A stretch of 64,000 nucleotides of DNA from Trypanosoma brucei (GCA_000002445.1 CH464491.1:640001-704000); one strand, 5' to 3'. Shown: positions 11,210 to 23,969, counted from the stretch's first letter. The notes: generated by a model not told the origin, from the sequence alone. Made by a program: numbers and translations.

Positions 11210-11820
11210 TTTAAGTGGGAGAAGCGACGAGTTGGAAAGAAAATATTAATCCTCCAGAAGCATGGACCCAAATAACTTTTTAAAAGGGCAGGGTACCTTT
11301 TTTTTTTTCGTGTGGTGCTTGAAACTAAAAGGGACCTGTGGCCCAATGTAAGTGCCGGAGAATGAAACAAATGGCGAGGTGACGCGTTTTAACAAACTGA
11401 CCCAGGGAAGAGGCAGTGCCACCTACTCAAGTGTGCATATATGTGCGCTAAGGTAGTTGATGGACAGGAACTAAAAAGAAAAAAAGGGGAAAAAGCAATC
11501 ATGGACTAAGGGGAGTGAAAACTAATAAAACAAAGTTTAAAAAAAATAGAGAGCAGGAAATGAAGTGTTTCCGTTTCTGCATCGCAGGATGTGGAAAAGT
11601 GCGGTTCAACGTGTCGTCCGTTTGGGTTGTCATTATCACGCAGGCACATCTCAATGATATTATCCGTGCACTCATAATGTTCATGTTTCGAGGGAATGCC
11701 ACGACGTACAAGTTGCAGAATTCACTTCGCTTATTTCTACGTCTCATTTCAACGTATTGTTTTAGTGGTAATTGATGCGAGGATTATGACTGTAGCGAAA
11801 CAAATATGCGAATGTTCAAA

Positions 11821-11846
11821 TGTGTGTGTGTGTGTGTGTGTGTGTG
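11821..11846. repeat. (TG)13 microsatellite
   Basis: Direct reading. Confidence 0.95.
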
Positions 11847-11905
11847 GGAAGCCTCAACGCTGCCGGCTGGAACTACACGCTGTTTCTCAACCGTATAAGC
11901 CAAAA

Positions 11906-11910
<5 letters not shown>

Positions 11911-11939
<29 letters not shown>
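11911..11939. repeat. (TA)14 microsatellite
   Basis: Direct reading. Confidence 0.95.
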
Positions 11940-11941
<2 letters not shown>

Positions 11942-12835
11942 TTGCATGTATGCATAAGATTGGAGTGGAGGACAATCAACTCGCTCCCCCCTCATCCTGT
12001 CGTAATTTTTCTCCATTTTCTTCTCCTTACCTGTTTGTGCAGTTGTATCTGGTCATGATTTTTTTCTTTCTCTCCTTCCCCCTTGTTTCTGTTGTTTCAT
12101 TCTGTGTTATTTACCTTCTGCGTTCTCTCTTTTAATTACACTCCAGAACTTGTGATCTTTTCGGCGTGTTATGTTTTGAGGAATCTCATGCACGCGGAGC
12201 GCACCTTCTTAAAATCACATGTGATAATTACTATTACAATTCTGTGGTAGCGGTTATCATTATAATAATAATAATTATTATTGCATGTGCCATCTGGTTT
12301 CAGAGAAGCTTTTAAAGGATATAAATATCCATTCAAGATGCAGCACAAGAGAACTTGTACACAAAGGTGTTAAGACATAGTCATTACATAGGGTAGCCAA
12401 GGTTCCATTCATTAGTTTACAATTTGCATTTTTAAAGGGATACAAGCGCATATTTGGTTTATTTTTGTTTTGTTTTTCACATTAGTTTCACATCTTCACA
12501 TATGTTCCGCTTTCTCTCCCGCCTCTTTTTCTTTCTTTTTCTTTCTTTCTTTTTGCATGCTCTTCTCTCTCCGTCATCTTCACCACTGAATGCTGATTTG
12601 TTATGCGGCTCGTAAGTCTCCCACCCGATTATTGGCTAACGTATAATTTGGAATTTTCACGAATACATGCACTCTTTAAATATGCTGATTTTTTTCTTTT
12701 AAAAAAAACAATAAGAAACAAATAAGTTATAAATAAATATATATATATATATTTATTTATTTATTTAATGTATTTACATATGTTTCGATGTATTTGTTCA
12801 CTTGTTTAAATTTTTTGTTTTTTTTTGTTGTTGTT

Positions 12836-12856
12836 GGAGGAGGAGGAGGAGGAGGG
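12836..12856. repeat. (GGA)7 microsatellite
   Basis: Direct reading. Confidence 0.9.
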
Positions 12857-13466
12857 ATGAAAGGGTGACGGATGTTACTTCACTGCGTTTGCCCTTAGGT
12901 CCGTTTTCATTTCAACAAAACAAAAACCTCCTCCCTTCCCTCCCTTCTGAAATGGAAAAAGAATTATGTGAGCGACGAACCAATGGAGGAATGGACGGCC
13001 ATACAAAAAAAAAAACAACACGCGCACAAAAAAAATAATAATAATAAATGGAACACACATGTACGAAGAAATTTAAACTATAACAAAGATACACAGACAC
13101 GAAAAAAAAAATAAATGAAAAAAATACAGAGATCATCAGTGCACACTGAGCGTGGGGGGTGGGGGTGCAAACGATGAATTACATTTAATTTGCACACCAT
13201 TCTCTGTGAGTCTTATGACTTCATGTCATGGCAGCGCCCCCTGAGCATATGGAAGTTTTTGTGTTTTACTTCTCGGAGCCGCTTCAACTGCGCTGGAGTG
13301 TTGTGCTGCTTTTACTGCTACTGCTTTTATAGCTTTTGCAGTATTTACTGTGGTGCTTAGCTCTTTTAGCGCCCCGGTCTAACACAATTCGCATATTCAC
13401 ACGTCAACATATTTCCTCTTTGGAGTACATAAACACATAAACACATACACGCATACACAAATATGC

Positions 13467-13493
13467 ATATATATATATATATATATATATATA
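13467..13493. repeat. (AT)13 microsatellite
   Basis: Direct reading. Confidence 0.95.
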
Positions 13494-13798
13494 CGCAAGT
13501 ACTCGCATCCATACGCACAGATGCGTGCATGTATTCATGAATAAATGATTATGTGCATGTGCATATTTGGGCGTTTGTTTCCCTTTTTTTTCTCTCTTTC
13601 CACCCTCCTTCCAATCAACACCTCCTGTTTCTTACGGGAGGAGGGAACGGGTCGGAAGCGCTGTGGTTTAGCCGTTTATAATTCCTTCCTTTTTTCTTTC
13701 CCTCTTCTTTGCGCGTCAGCCAGTTGGGAAGAAATATAATGGAAGTGAAGAGTGAAACGGTAATGGAATGCGTATTTCTGCTTGCGTTTATTTATATT

Positions 13799-13800
<2 letters not shown>

Positions 13801-13829
<29 letters not shown>
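13801..13829. repeat. (TA)14 microsatellite followed by a G11 run at 13866-13876
   Basis: Direct reading. Confidence 0.95.
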
Positions 13830-13833
<4 letters not shown>

Positions 13834-15302
13834 GTATTTGTATGTGCTTGTGTGCGTTTATGCCTGGGGGGGGGGGCGCTGTGTTTGCTTTAATTTATAT
13901 TTAATCGCACTAATGAGACAACTCACCTCAGGAAAGCTTGTGCCAACTCTGTTACGTGTGGTAAGACACAACAAAAAAAAGTTTCGTTTCAATATCAAAG
14001 ATAATAAAATAAAATAAAATACAAAAAAAAAGAGAACGATGTAGTTGAAACAAAATCACCAAAAAAAAAATATGTCTGGTCGTTTGTGGGTTTGAGGCAA
14101 GTTATCTCGCTTCTCTCCTTTTCCTCTCTTTTTGGTTTGTCGTTCGCTTATTTCTTCCTTTCGAGAAGGATGGAGGAGAACATTCTTTCACTTAATTATC
14201 CCTCTTTATTTAATTCATTTGCTTCTTCTGTTGACATGGTGTGGTGCGGTGCTTGAGGATGCAACTAATTTATTTATTTATTTTTTAAGTGAGCCTCGCA
14301 CCGGCTGTAATAATGTGAAAAAAAAACACTTTCTCACACCAGTGCGCGCACGAAGAAGCTGAAGCAAACATTATCGCTTGCATTCGTCGGTCATTTTGTG
14401 TGGGTGAAAAGGATGACGGGTGAGAGAAGGGAAAAAAGAAAGGAAAAGAAAGAAGTAAAAGAAAAGAGAGGCGTGTGTGTGTGAGAAAAGGAGAGTTGAA
14501 GAAAGGAGGAGCGGGGAAAAGACATAACATAACAAGACAAAACAAAATAAAAACAAAACAGAAATGAGAATCCGGACGCGGTGACTTCAGAGATTCCGTC
14601 GGTCTATGATTTATTTTTCTCTTTGGGCGATCAGGCGACTGTTGCGTGTGTGGGAGCGCAAACGTATTGCCTCCTTCCAAGTGCAGTTACTCACGTTATT
14701 AGCGGTCGGTTGTTCTTCCCCCCCTTTTTTGGTACTTGTGGGGTTACAATAGAGTTGTTGCTTTCGAACGAAGGAAAGACATGCAAATCTTTTTCAAAAA
14801 AACAAAAGAGAGGAGGAAAATGATGAAATCAACAACATTCCAACAGTAAATGCATTTTAATGAAAATCGAAACCGATGCGTAGTGAAGCGAACTTTTTTT
14901 TTTGTTTTGCTTTATCTTCTTTTTATTTTTAGCTACTAACCAGCGGAGAAGGAACCTTCTTCACCCCTGAAGGTTTGGTTACTTTCTAGGCATCTTTTGT
15001 CCGACGCCCTTCCGAGGCCAATGAATCTACTGAATTGTATACATTTGTAATTATGTATCACCACTGAAGCGTAATCGGTGTGATTTTCTCTATTTTCCAT
15101 TCAACATCTGCTTCATCATATTTATTACATGCACTCTTTCTTTTTTTCTTTTTTTTCCATTGTGGTGTTTTTTTTTTTTCAACTCTTTACAAGCTCACAA
15201 AGAAATAGACGTCGAGACAGGCAGGCATAAGTATATATATATATATATATATTACCTTTTATTTTCTTTTAGTTGTACTCCTCATATTTAGCTTTGGTTG
15301 TG

Positions 15303-16010
15303 ATGTATGCTTCGCATAAAAAGGATATTAACCGCCACAAAAGTTTCCACCCACTGACGTTTCAAAACCTCAGCCGGGTGGAGCGTGGCCTCGAAAAGGA
15401 GGAAGAAAAGAAAAAAGCGAAGGAGCAACGCAATGCTGAACTTCTTCATGATCAGGAACAGCGTCGCTACGATGATCTCGTTATTTCCGCCTCCGGTGAT
15501 TCCATAGCCGCACGTGTTGCGAAGTTTAGACAAGTGGAAAATGTTTTTGCGGCAGAGGAGGATAAGCCCGCATTGCAGCCGGAGGCGGTTGCCGTGATGG
15601 GGCAGAAAACCAGTGCACTCACATTCCAAAAAGATCCATTGGAAGCGAAAAAATTAACGCAAAAACGTCAACGTGATGATGTTACCACGAAAAATGAGAA
15701 AGGCGGTAGCGAGGGGCAGAGTTTTGGCGGGGCTGGTAGAAAGGAAGAGGAGAGAAAAGTGAGTGGGAGTTTAGTGACGGGTTTCATAACAAAATCTGAT
15801 GCGGCTCAGTTGCGAAAAGAACTTGACAAACTTCAAAAAGAACGGCACGACCCCCTGCGGAGAGTTGAGCAGTTTCAGAATCGCACGGTTGCGGCTGAGG
15901 CCAAACGGCGGGCTCTTGAGGCACGTGCCGCATCAAACAATAGTCGCGGGGATTTGCAGAAAGATATCATACACAGTCGCCTGCAAGAACTGCTGGATAT
16001 GAAAAAGTGA
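15303..16010 (+). CDS. Small charged coiled-coil protein, hypothetical
   Basis: Open frame from 15273, first ATG at 15303 (MYASHKK). Lys/Glu/Arg-rich with predicted coiled-coil segments; no diagnostic motif. It sits in line with the plus-strand array, which supports it being real. Confidence 0.45.
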   Translation: MYASHKKDINRHKSFHPLTFQNLSRVERGLEKEEEKKKAKEQRNAELLHDQEQRRYDDLVISASGDSIAARVAKFRQVENVFAAEEDKPALQPEAVAVMGQKTSALTFQKDPLEAKKLTQKRQRDDVTTKNEKGGSEGQSFGGAGRKEEERKVSGSLVTGFITKSDAAQLRKELDKLQKERHDPLRRVEQFQNRTVAAEAKRRALEARAASNNSRGDLQKDIIHSRLQELLDMKK

Positions 16011-16608
16011 AGGGCACGAGGAGGGGGGGGGGGAAACGTGCAGTGGTAGTAGTCGTGTCATTTTTGGTAGTATCGATTAGGTTTCCGAGATGTATACATA
16101 TTTTCAGGTATGCACTCATATGTTGAAATGCCGCGTAAACCACATGTGCATTCCTTGCTGGAGCTTCAATATCTAGCGAAGGAGCTGTGTGGTATGGAGA
16201 CACATTTTGATTCCTTCACCACACACGTAGCGTGCTGCACAAAGTCGCCGGTGGTGTATGAGCTACGATTCCTTTCTCAGGGAAGTCGGACCATGAGACA
16301 CGAGTGGAGTTACTTATGATTTTGCTTGTATTTCCATTAGCCTCTAGTTTCCCACCTCTGTTTGGAATGTCAAAAACCAACTTCTGGTATGCTTTCCCCC
16401 CTCTCTTCCACACCTTCTCACGTGATCATTATCTTTCTTTATTTGCTCTCCCCCTTTTCTGTGCTCGCCAGAGGTTAAACTCTCTTTTAAGAAAGTGATC
16501 GGTTTTGTTTGTTGTTGTTTTCGAAGAAGGAAACAAAAAAAAAAAAAGAACGATCGGCGGTGGTATTGACGGTTGCACAGACAAAAAGGAAATAAAATAA
16601 ATAGCACC

Positions 16609-18483
16609 ATGCCAACCCTCGCTGTTGTGCGTGATTATCTCTTTGATTTTATCGGGAAAAGCTACACGGAGGACCAATTCGAAGACATATGCTTTCAATT
16701 TGGTGTGGAGCTCGATGATGTGACAAGTGAGCGCGAGATGTTCCGCCGTGAGCAAGGCGAAGCCGTTGCAGCCAAGGGAGAGGAGCTTTCTGATGCCGTC
16801 ATCTACAAGATTGATACACCAGCCAATCGCTACGACCTTCTTTGTGCTGAGGGAATGGGTACTGCGATGAAGGTATTTCTCGGCATGACCCCTGCGCCTC
16901 GGTTCCAATTACTCAACCGTGCAAATCCACTCTACAAAGTAACGGTGGAAAAGTCCGTGCGCAATGTACGGGATTACATTGTTTGTGCCGTGTTACGAAA
17001 CGTTCGTCTTGACAAGCGCAGCTACCGCAGTTTTATTGATTTTCAGGACAAACTCCACTTGGGTCTTGCACGACGCCGTGCGCTTGCTTCTGTTGGGACG
17101 CACGACTTGGATAAGATTAATCAGAATGAGTTCCTTTACGCCGCCCGGCCGAAGGAGAGCATACGGTTTGTTCCACTCAATCAACAGGAACGGGTGCTGG
17201 ATTGTCGGGGCAATGGCCTCGCAGAGTTTTATAAGGACGACCGACACATCTCTAAGTTTATTCCGCTTATCTCTGAATTCTCCCATTACCCCGTGGTGCT
17301 GGACGGCAAGGGTGAAAACATTCTCTCCCTTCCACCCATTATCAACTCGGACTACTCGTGCATCAGTGCAAACACCAGGAACATCTTTATCGAGTGCACT
17401 GCACCAGATCATCACAAGGCGAGTGTTTTAGTGAACCAACTCGTTTGCGCCTTCTCAACTTATTGCGAGAAGCCCTTTACCGTGGAGGCGGTGCGTGTTG
17501 TGTACGATGAACCCACTCCTGATGGCACGAAGGAGGAAGTGACTCCCAACTTGGATCCTCGACTAGTCTCCGTAGAGCAGTCGAAGGTTGAGAAACTCAT
17601 TGGCATTAAACTTAACTCAGCCAATCATATGGGTGAACTTCTGGAGCGTATGCTGCACCATGTAGCAAAGGTGGAGGACAGCACCGTAACAGTAGAAGTC
17701 CCTCCAACGCGACCTGATGTATTGGGACCAACGGACCTTATGGAAGATGTTGCGGTGGCCTACGGTTACGATAATATTACCCACAAAGAGTGCTTGACAT
17801 TTGGTGACGTGGCGCAGCAACCACTGAGTAAACTCTCGCATCTTATTCGTATCGAGATGGCTAACGCCGGTTATATGGAGCTCTTGACCTTTTCGCTTTG
17901 CTCCCGCGAGGAGGGATTTACTCGTCTAAATCGCGTGGATGATGATGTGGCCGTACATATCGCAAACCCCAAAACTATGGAGTTCCAAATATGCCGCCCC
18001 TCACTCATGCCGGGCATCCTAAAGACACTTAATGCCAATAAATCGCACCCACTTCCCCTTCGATTCTTTGAGTGCGCTGATATAGTTCTCTTGGATAATG
18101 AAAAGAACTTTCCTCCTGTCATCACCCCAAAACTAGAGTACCCCAACTGCGGGGCGCGCAATCAACGGCATCTTGCCGCCCTACATTGCTGTAGTGAGTC
18201 TAGCAGTTTTGAAGATATACACGGACTTGTGGAATTTGTCATGGCTAAACTTGGTGTTGTGCGGAAAGTGGGGGAAGAGGTTGTGGATGGTGATTCATAC
18301 ACGCTGGAGAGGAGCAGTGATGGTGCCTTCTTTCCTGGTCGTTGCATGGATGTTTTTCTGCACCGCAGTGGGCAGAAGGTGTGTATTGGAGGCTTTGGTG
18401 TTGTTCACCCGAACACGCTGAAGGCGTATGACATCCCCTTTCCATGCTCATACATGGAGCTGAATGTTCAGTTTGCCCAGTAG
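16609..18483 (+). CDS. FARSB: Phenylalanyl-tRNA synthetase beta subunit (eukaryotic/archaeal type)
   Basis: N-terminus MPTLAVVRDYLFDFIGKSYTEDQFEDICFQFGVELDDVTSE closely parallels the eukaryotic PheRS-beta N-terminus. Length about 625 aa. B3/4 and B5 region motifs present. First ATG at 16609; the ORF-track start at 16573 is a TTG. Confidence 0.9.
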   Translation: MPTLAVVRDYLFDFIGKSYTEDQFEDICFQFGVELDDVTSEREMFRREQGEAVAAKGEELSDAVIYKIDTPANRYDLLCAEGMGTAMKVFLGMTPAPRFQLLNRANPLYKVTVEKSVRNVRDYIVCAVLRNVRLDKRSYRSFIDFQDKLHLGLARRRALASVGTHDLDKINQNEFLYAARPKESIRFVPLNQQERVLDCRGNGLAEFYKDDRHISKFIPLISEFSHYPVVLDGKGENILSLPPIINSDYSCISANTRNIFIECTAPDHHKASVLVNQLVCAFSTYCEKPFTVEAVRVVYDEPTPDGTKEEVTPNLDPRLVSVEQSKVEKLIGIKLNSANHMGELLERMLHHVAKVEDSTVTVEVPPTRPDVLGPTDLMEDVAVAYGYDNITHKECLTFGDVAQQPLSKLSHLIRIEMANAGYMELLTFSLCSREEGFTRLNRVDDDVAVHIANPKTMEFQICRPSLMPGILKTLNANKSHPLPLRFFECADIVLLDNEKNFPPVITPKLEYPNCGARNQRHLAALHCCSESSSFEDIHGLVEFVMAKLGVVRKVGEEVVDGDSYTLERSSDGAFFPGRCMDVFLHRSGQKVCIGGFGVVHPNTLKAYDIPFPCSYMELNVQFAQ

Positions 18484-20344
18484 ACGCGTGCGTGCGTAAT
18501 TCACTCGCGTTATGTTCGCTTCGGTTCCGACGAAATTTCTGTCAGTTTGTTTGGTTGATGGTGAGGTGAGAGGTGGGATGAGTGTACCGAATGGAAGGTA
18601 AATAAAGTAAATGAATGGAGCAGACCATGGAAAACTTTCTGAGCGGCATTGCATGCTTGTTGCTCATTTTCTCCCACTCACCAGTCGCATCACCGTTATT
18701 TCTCATTATCACTCGCGATTTTGTATGATTCTTATTAACATTTTTCTGCGGAAGCGCAGACCTTTTACATACTGTGAATGAGTCAGTAGGGATTTGCATT
18801 GCGAACTCGCATGGCGCGGAGATGAGAAATGAATCACATCTTAAATATATAATGGCGAAGGATTATTTGGATGAATTTCGTTCTTTAGGCGGAGTGGGGG
18901 AAGCTTATTTGTCGTTGAAGTAAGGAAGCGGTGACGGTGAATGAACCTCAGGGCAATACCAGAAACATTCATTAATGTCTTTTCATGCATTTGCATCCCT
19001 TCAAATTATCCTCCTCCCTGTCGTTATTTGAGATCCTTTATTTGACACACTGCGTGCCAATGGTGGCTGTAGATACATCCATCTCGTAGTGAGGAGAACG
19101 CGATATTTAAAAAACTCTTTCGACGTAGCTGCAAATGCAGCGAGTAGTCAGGTGAGTGAAACATGTGCGTGAAAGACAGCGAGAGGCTCCAGGAGGTTAA
19201 ACAAGACCAAAAAAGAAAGGAATAGAGAAGGAAGTTTAAAGGAAAATAAAACAATGTGGATAACGGAATTTAAGGCTGATTATAGTGGTGTCTGCACATG
19301 AGGATTAAGGGCGGAGGCAAAGCGTGGGACTTGTGTTTTTGCAATGTTCCACTCACCTCTTTCACTTACCTATCCATTTCTCTTTTTTCATTTTTATTTC
19401 TTAAGCAGAGGATATAAATGTGAGGCCCACTACCAAATCACTTCCAACCACCTAAACCGTATACGACACAGAAGTTCACAATTTGTGGTTGGCGCTTTGA
19501 TCTGAAAGAAGGCGATTTATTATTGCCGTGGGGTGTGAGGGAATCGAGAGAAAAGGAAAAGAAAAAGCAGGAAAAGGAGGAGGAGAAATAGAAGGAGAAG
19601 GAGGGAGGGATTGAGTCTCTCCTTTAAGTGTGTAAGAGACTCTTCCCTCCCTTTTTTGATAACTATCACCGTATTATTCTCTGCTGCCTTTTGCTTTCAT
19701 ATTTAACGGTAAATGAATATTCCCCATTCTCTCCTCCGTCTTTGGATTCATTGTACTTTTTTTTAAAAAATTTCCCCCGCGACCGCGTGGTGCACGCCCG
19801 TACGCAACCCATTACTGTTGTTGGTGCTGTAATTTACATACCTACATGTGGATAACCAACACACGTATACTCGTATATATATATACATACATACATACCA
19901 GCGGTAACGGCAACAACGTGTGAAATCGTTACATTGTTAACGGCGTGTGCGTAGCGGCAGACGCAGTGCAGGAAGAGAGAAGAAAAAAAGGGGGAAAGGA
20001 AAAGGAAAGAAAAGGAAAAGAAAAGAAAAAGCAGCCTCCATTTCGAATCGGTGGAGCAACCGAAGTGTGAGTGCTGAAACGCTTTGCTACGGGCAAAGTG
20101 GAAGAAGAGAAGGAAGACAGATATAAATTAAAAGAAAAAAAAGGGAAGACACGTGCGTACATTTGTATTGTGAGGAGGGGAGGTACAAAAGAATAAGAAA
20201 TATAATAATCGAAAGGAAATAAATTGAGGATCTAAAGACAAAGATCTACTCAAGAAATCTTCTCTAAAAGAAAAAAGAAGAATAGAGAAAAAAGGAAAAG
20301 AATCCAAGGCGTCAATTAATAATAAGGTGAGTTTAAAGGGTTAA

Positions 20345-22072
20345 ATGCCCAACCCATACAGGAAAAACAAGGATACATCGCGTATACCGTGTGTCTACTT
20401 TAAAAGAGGGTCATGCGCGAACAAGCACTGCCCATTTCTTCATGTGCGTGGCGGTGAAAAAGTCGGACACGAACCTGGGAAAGCACCAGGGGATGTGGGG
20501 ACAAACCTTCTTTGTACGATGTTGAAGTTGGTGTTTGAGAAACAGCAGCAGCGGGTGTATAACGCGGAAACAGGGGTCTTGAACCTGACGCAGTTTAAGG
20601 AAATTCCTGACCTCACGGATGTGGCGGGATCCATCAACTTTAACACACAGGCTTTCTGCCAGGCATTGTGTTCGACAATAAAGTCGCTTATTGTGCCTCC
20701 TCCATCAGCAATTCAACTGAAAGGCAATGGCATATTGTCGGTGTCACATCTAGCGATGCAGTTGGAAAAGGCAGACCTTCATCTGACGCTTCGTGCCATT
20801 TCATTAGAAGCCAACCTAATCAAGTCGGTTGAGTCATTGCAAGAGTTGAAGAAATTCACCAACTTGCGGGAGATTGTACTGAGAGACAATCCTATCGCAA
20901 ATCGGAGCGACTATCGGACAACTATTAAGAAATTGATGCCGTCGTTAATTGGTTTAGATGGAGAGTCCATATGTGTGCCCCCTTTAAGTTTACCGTGGCC
21001 TCAGTTCTCTCCGACGGGATACAGTGAGGCGCAGAAGCATGTGCTGCAGTTCATACAATGCGGGTTGTTAAACCCACTGGAAGGCGACGGTGCTTCCGGA
21101 GTTGCACACGGTGTAGACGCTGTTTCGGACTTGTACGCGGCAAATGCGGTTTTGACCCTCTCCCTCTCTTCGCCAGAAGTTGCTGTAAGCACGCCCATGC
21201 GCACGATGAACGGTGCGGCGGGTGTGCCGCAACAGCGGAACGTAATCAGGGATATTGTGAGTCTTCGGTTAAAACAAACTGAAAGTAATCACAACCTTCT
21301 GCACGGTGTAAAGTCGACTGTTGTTGCGCTTGGTCGGACGAAGGTGTGTTCTCAGATGGAGCACTGGTTGTACCCAAAGACCTTTAGGGTTCATCATTAC
21401 CTCCATAGCAGCGCTAGCACCGTCTTTCTTGACAATTCGTACCTCACAGGCCCGTCGCCCACAGCGATGAAAGTACCCGTGACAATAGTGACACTCCATG
21501 GCACCATGACGTGGAACAACACCGGTGTACCGGGTGATGCGACAACTATTGGCCCAATGACCATTCGGCGCAACTTCACTCGTGTGTTAAGTGTTACACA
21601 AGGGGATGCGGGACGCTGGCTAATCACTAATGACATGGTGTCGTTGTATTTGACGCCGAGTGGGTCATCTGCATCGTCGAAAAGTGGCAACGGAGTGCCT
21701 GAAACGACTCAACTGAGCGAGTGCCGCATTCTGCTCGACCCACGCAGCGACCGTAGCCGTGCGGAGGTACTCAGCCGAAAGAAGGACGTACCGGTAGAGG
21801 TGATTATGGCATTGTGTCAACACGTTGGTAACGATGCGGAGTTATTTACCGTGTTGGATGATATCCGCGGCGTGCCACTCAGTGCCTTTGAACACTGTGC
21901 CAACCTAGCAGGGGAGAATATCATGGAAAGCATTCAGATGTGTCGTTTAGTGAATCTTTTCGGGATGGCACCACAAAATGCATTGGAGATGCTTAGGCAC
22001 AATAACGGTAACTGGAGTGATACTGTTGCTGCGGTTGCTGCTACCGCGCCTGTGGCGGCAGTCCCGCAGTGA
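20345..22072 (+). CDS. MEX67: mRNA export factor Mex67/NXF with N-terminal CCCH zinc finger
   Basis: N-terminal C-x7-C-x4-C-x3-H finger (CVYFKRGSCANKHCPFLH), followed by an LRR region (LREIVLRDNPI), an NTF2-like domain and a UBA-like C-terminus. The CCCH finger is the known peculiarity of kinetoplastid Mex67. Confidence 0.8.
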   Translation: MPNPYRKNKDTSRIPCVYFKRGSCANKHCPFLHVRGGEKVGHEPGKAPGDVGTNLLCTMLKLVFEKQQQRVYNAETGVLNLTQFKEIPDLTDVAGSINFNTQAFCQALCSTIKSLIVPPPSAIQLKGNGILSVSHLAMQLEKADLHLTLRAISLEANLIKSVESLQELKKFTNLREIVLRDNPIANRSDYRTTIKKLMPSLIGLDGESICVPPLSLPWPQFSPTGYSEAQKHVLQFIQCGLLNPLEGDGASGVAHGVDAVSDLYAANAVLTLSLSSPEVAVSTPMRTMNGAAGVPQQRNVIRDIVSLRLKQTESNHNLLHGVKSTVVALGRTKVCSQMEHWLYPKTFRVHHYLHSSASTVFLDNSYLTGPSPTAMKVPVTIVTLHGTMTWNNTGVPGDATTIGPMTIRRNFTRVLSVTQGDAGRWLITNDMVSLYLTPSGSSASSKSGNGVPETTQLSECRILLDPRSDRSRAEVLSRKKDVPVEVIMALCQHVGNDAELFTVLDDIRGVPLSAFEHCANLAGENIMESIQMCRLVNLFGMAPQNALEMLRHNNGNWSDTVAAVAATAPVAAVPQ

Positions 22073-23969
22073 TTTTTGATTCTCTGTGGTATCTGGAGGT
22101 TTGCCGTTTCCGGAGCTTGTATTCAACTATTTATAATGGCGTTACAGCCACAACCATTTCTCTCTTCTCCATTTGTAGGTTTTACCTGGTGTGATCACCG
22201 CTGCTTGATCAGCAACCAAAAAAAAAAAAGAAAAAGAGCTGCGTTGATGTGTTCGCAACAACATCTTTAACAAGCCGTTTTTCCTCTTTGTTCAGCGCAT
22301 AAACAAAGGAATTCGGAGAAGGGAAGGAGGGAAATAAAGTTGTAACGTAGGATCGTGTAAGCAATGAAGTGCAGGAGGATGCGGTGGTGCGAGTGGAAGA
22401 GCGCTATGCATCATATTATAATAACATACGTGAGTTGGAGAGAAATGAAGGAATGGGAGTGTTGATACTGGGTGGTAGTGGTGATGCAAGAGGGGGAAAA
22501 AAAGGGATATGAGAAAACGGGTTGTGGCGCTAAATGTTCCTTTAAGTTGCGGTTGACCACTGAGCCAGACACCGTAGAGTGTTGCCATCTGTGCACTAAT
22601 AATGTGGCTGTATGGTGAAGTCCGTTGAACCGTGTGACGGTTTTCTTTCTTTTTGGCGTGGGTGGTGTTGTTATGCTTTTTTAAAAAAATTTCCTCCTCC
22701 CGTCTTTGAGGTGTGATATGGTGTGCCCAAGTCTAATGTGTTTGAGGGGCGGAAGGTACGTAAAGTAAATGTGCCTAACTGCACACGGAGAAGCGAAACG
22801 AAACCAAAATAAAAATACGATAGGAGGAACGAAAAAGAAAGGGGGAAAGAAGAAGAAGAGGAAAAAAAACATCAGATGATGACGTGGCCGCATTCCTTCC
22901 CTTTGTTTCCTACTATATACACAACGAGGGCTTCAATTACTGCGCGGTAGTTTGGATTACATTGGATTCTGCATCCCTCCATCTTAGCATGTTGGTGGAT
23001 GCACGGTTGTGTTTACACCAAAGCTACTTTTGTCTCTGGCACTGCTTCCTCCACTTCCTGAATTTTCTCATTTTGAGTTCCTGTTTACATTTGCACTAAC
23101 CTCCGTTTCTACACGAACGCAAGCAGTGACACTAGACAGATTGTGGTTTGCAGTCAATTAGTGCTTTTCTGACACGTACATTCTGTTGTGAATTTACGAA
23201 ATTTTTACAAGCGCTTCAGGGCGGTTGAGGTAACGACAGCGGGGTTTACAGCGGTGCGCCGCCAGAGGGAGGGGAAAGGGGGAAAAAAAAGGAAGAAAGG
23301 AAGGAAATGGGAAAGAGAAAAAGAAAAAGAAAGAAAATCAGCCAACAAAGGAACTGGCGACAGCGGCTTGTGTTCTAGTGACTTTTTTGACGTTTGTCGT
23401 TGTGAAGACACTTTATACGAAAAAAAAAAAACTGTGTCGTTATACGTAATCGAAAGGTACATCTACTTAGTTGCATAATGCCCACCACAATGTGTGATAT
23501 TATATCGTACTGTGTTGTACCATAACCTCATTACTCTTTCTCTATCCATTCGTATCGGCGAGGCCTCAAACCGTAAGAACCTCCGCCGAAAGGTAGTCCA
23601 CTTAGGGTTTATACAAAAAAAAATCTGTTGATAATAAGGACATCGCAGAATCAATAAACAGTTTTGTAAAGGACAAATTCAAGGATAAACTCAGGGGGTT
23701 CCCTGTGACTTCTTGTTTTCTCCCACAAGGTTTCAAGGAGGGTTGTATTTACCCTTTGTCGCGCCGAACTTGAGGGTCTCAGGTGCTCCGTGAAGACGCA
23801 GGTAGATACCCACAGGCATATATAAATATATACATATTACATATACGCATTTGTCTACACATCTGTACTTGTATACGTGGCTGTATATCCGCTCGGGGAG
23901 ATAACTAATTAGAGAAGAAAAAATATAAGTGAGGTACGATACCACATATAAAGAAAAAAGTTTCCCGCC

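Noticed and set aside
14811-14890. Possible C/D snoRNA (ATGATGA C-box at about 14819)
   Set aside because: No properly spaced D box (CTGA) or terminal stem could be found. Cannot be supported without a covariance search.
16964-17431. 155-aa plus-strand and 140-aa minus-strand ORFs overlapping PheRS-beta
   Set aside because: Out-of-frame or antisense overlaps of a high-confidence CDS.
23575-23600. Single TTAGGG telomere-like hexamer
   Set aside because: Only one copy, no tandem array.
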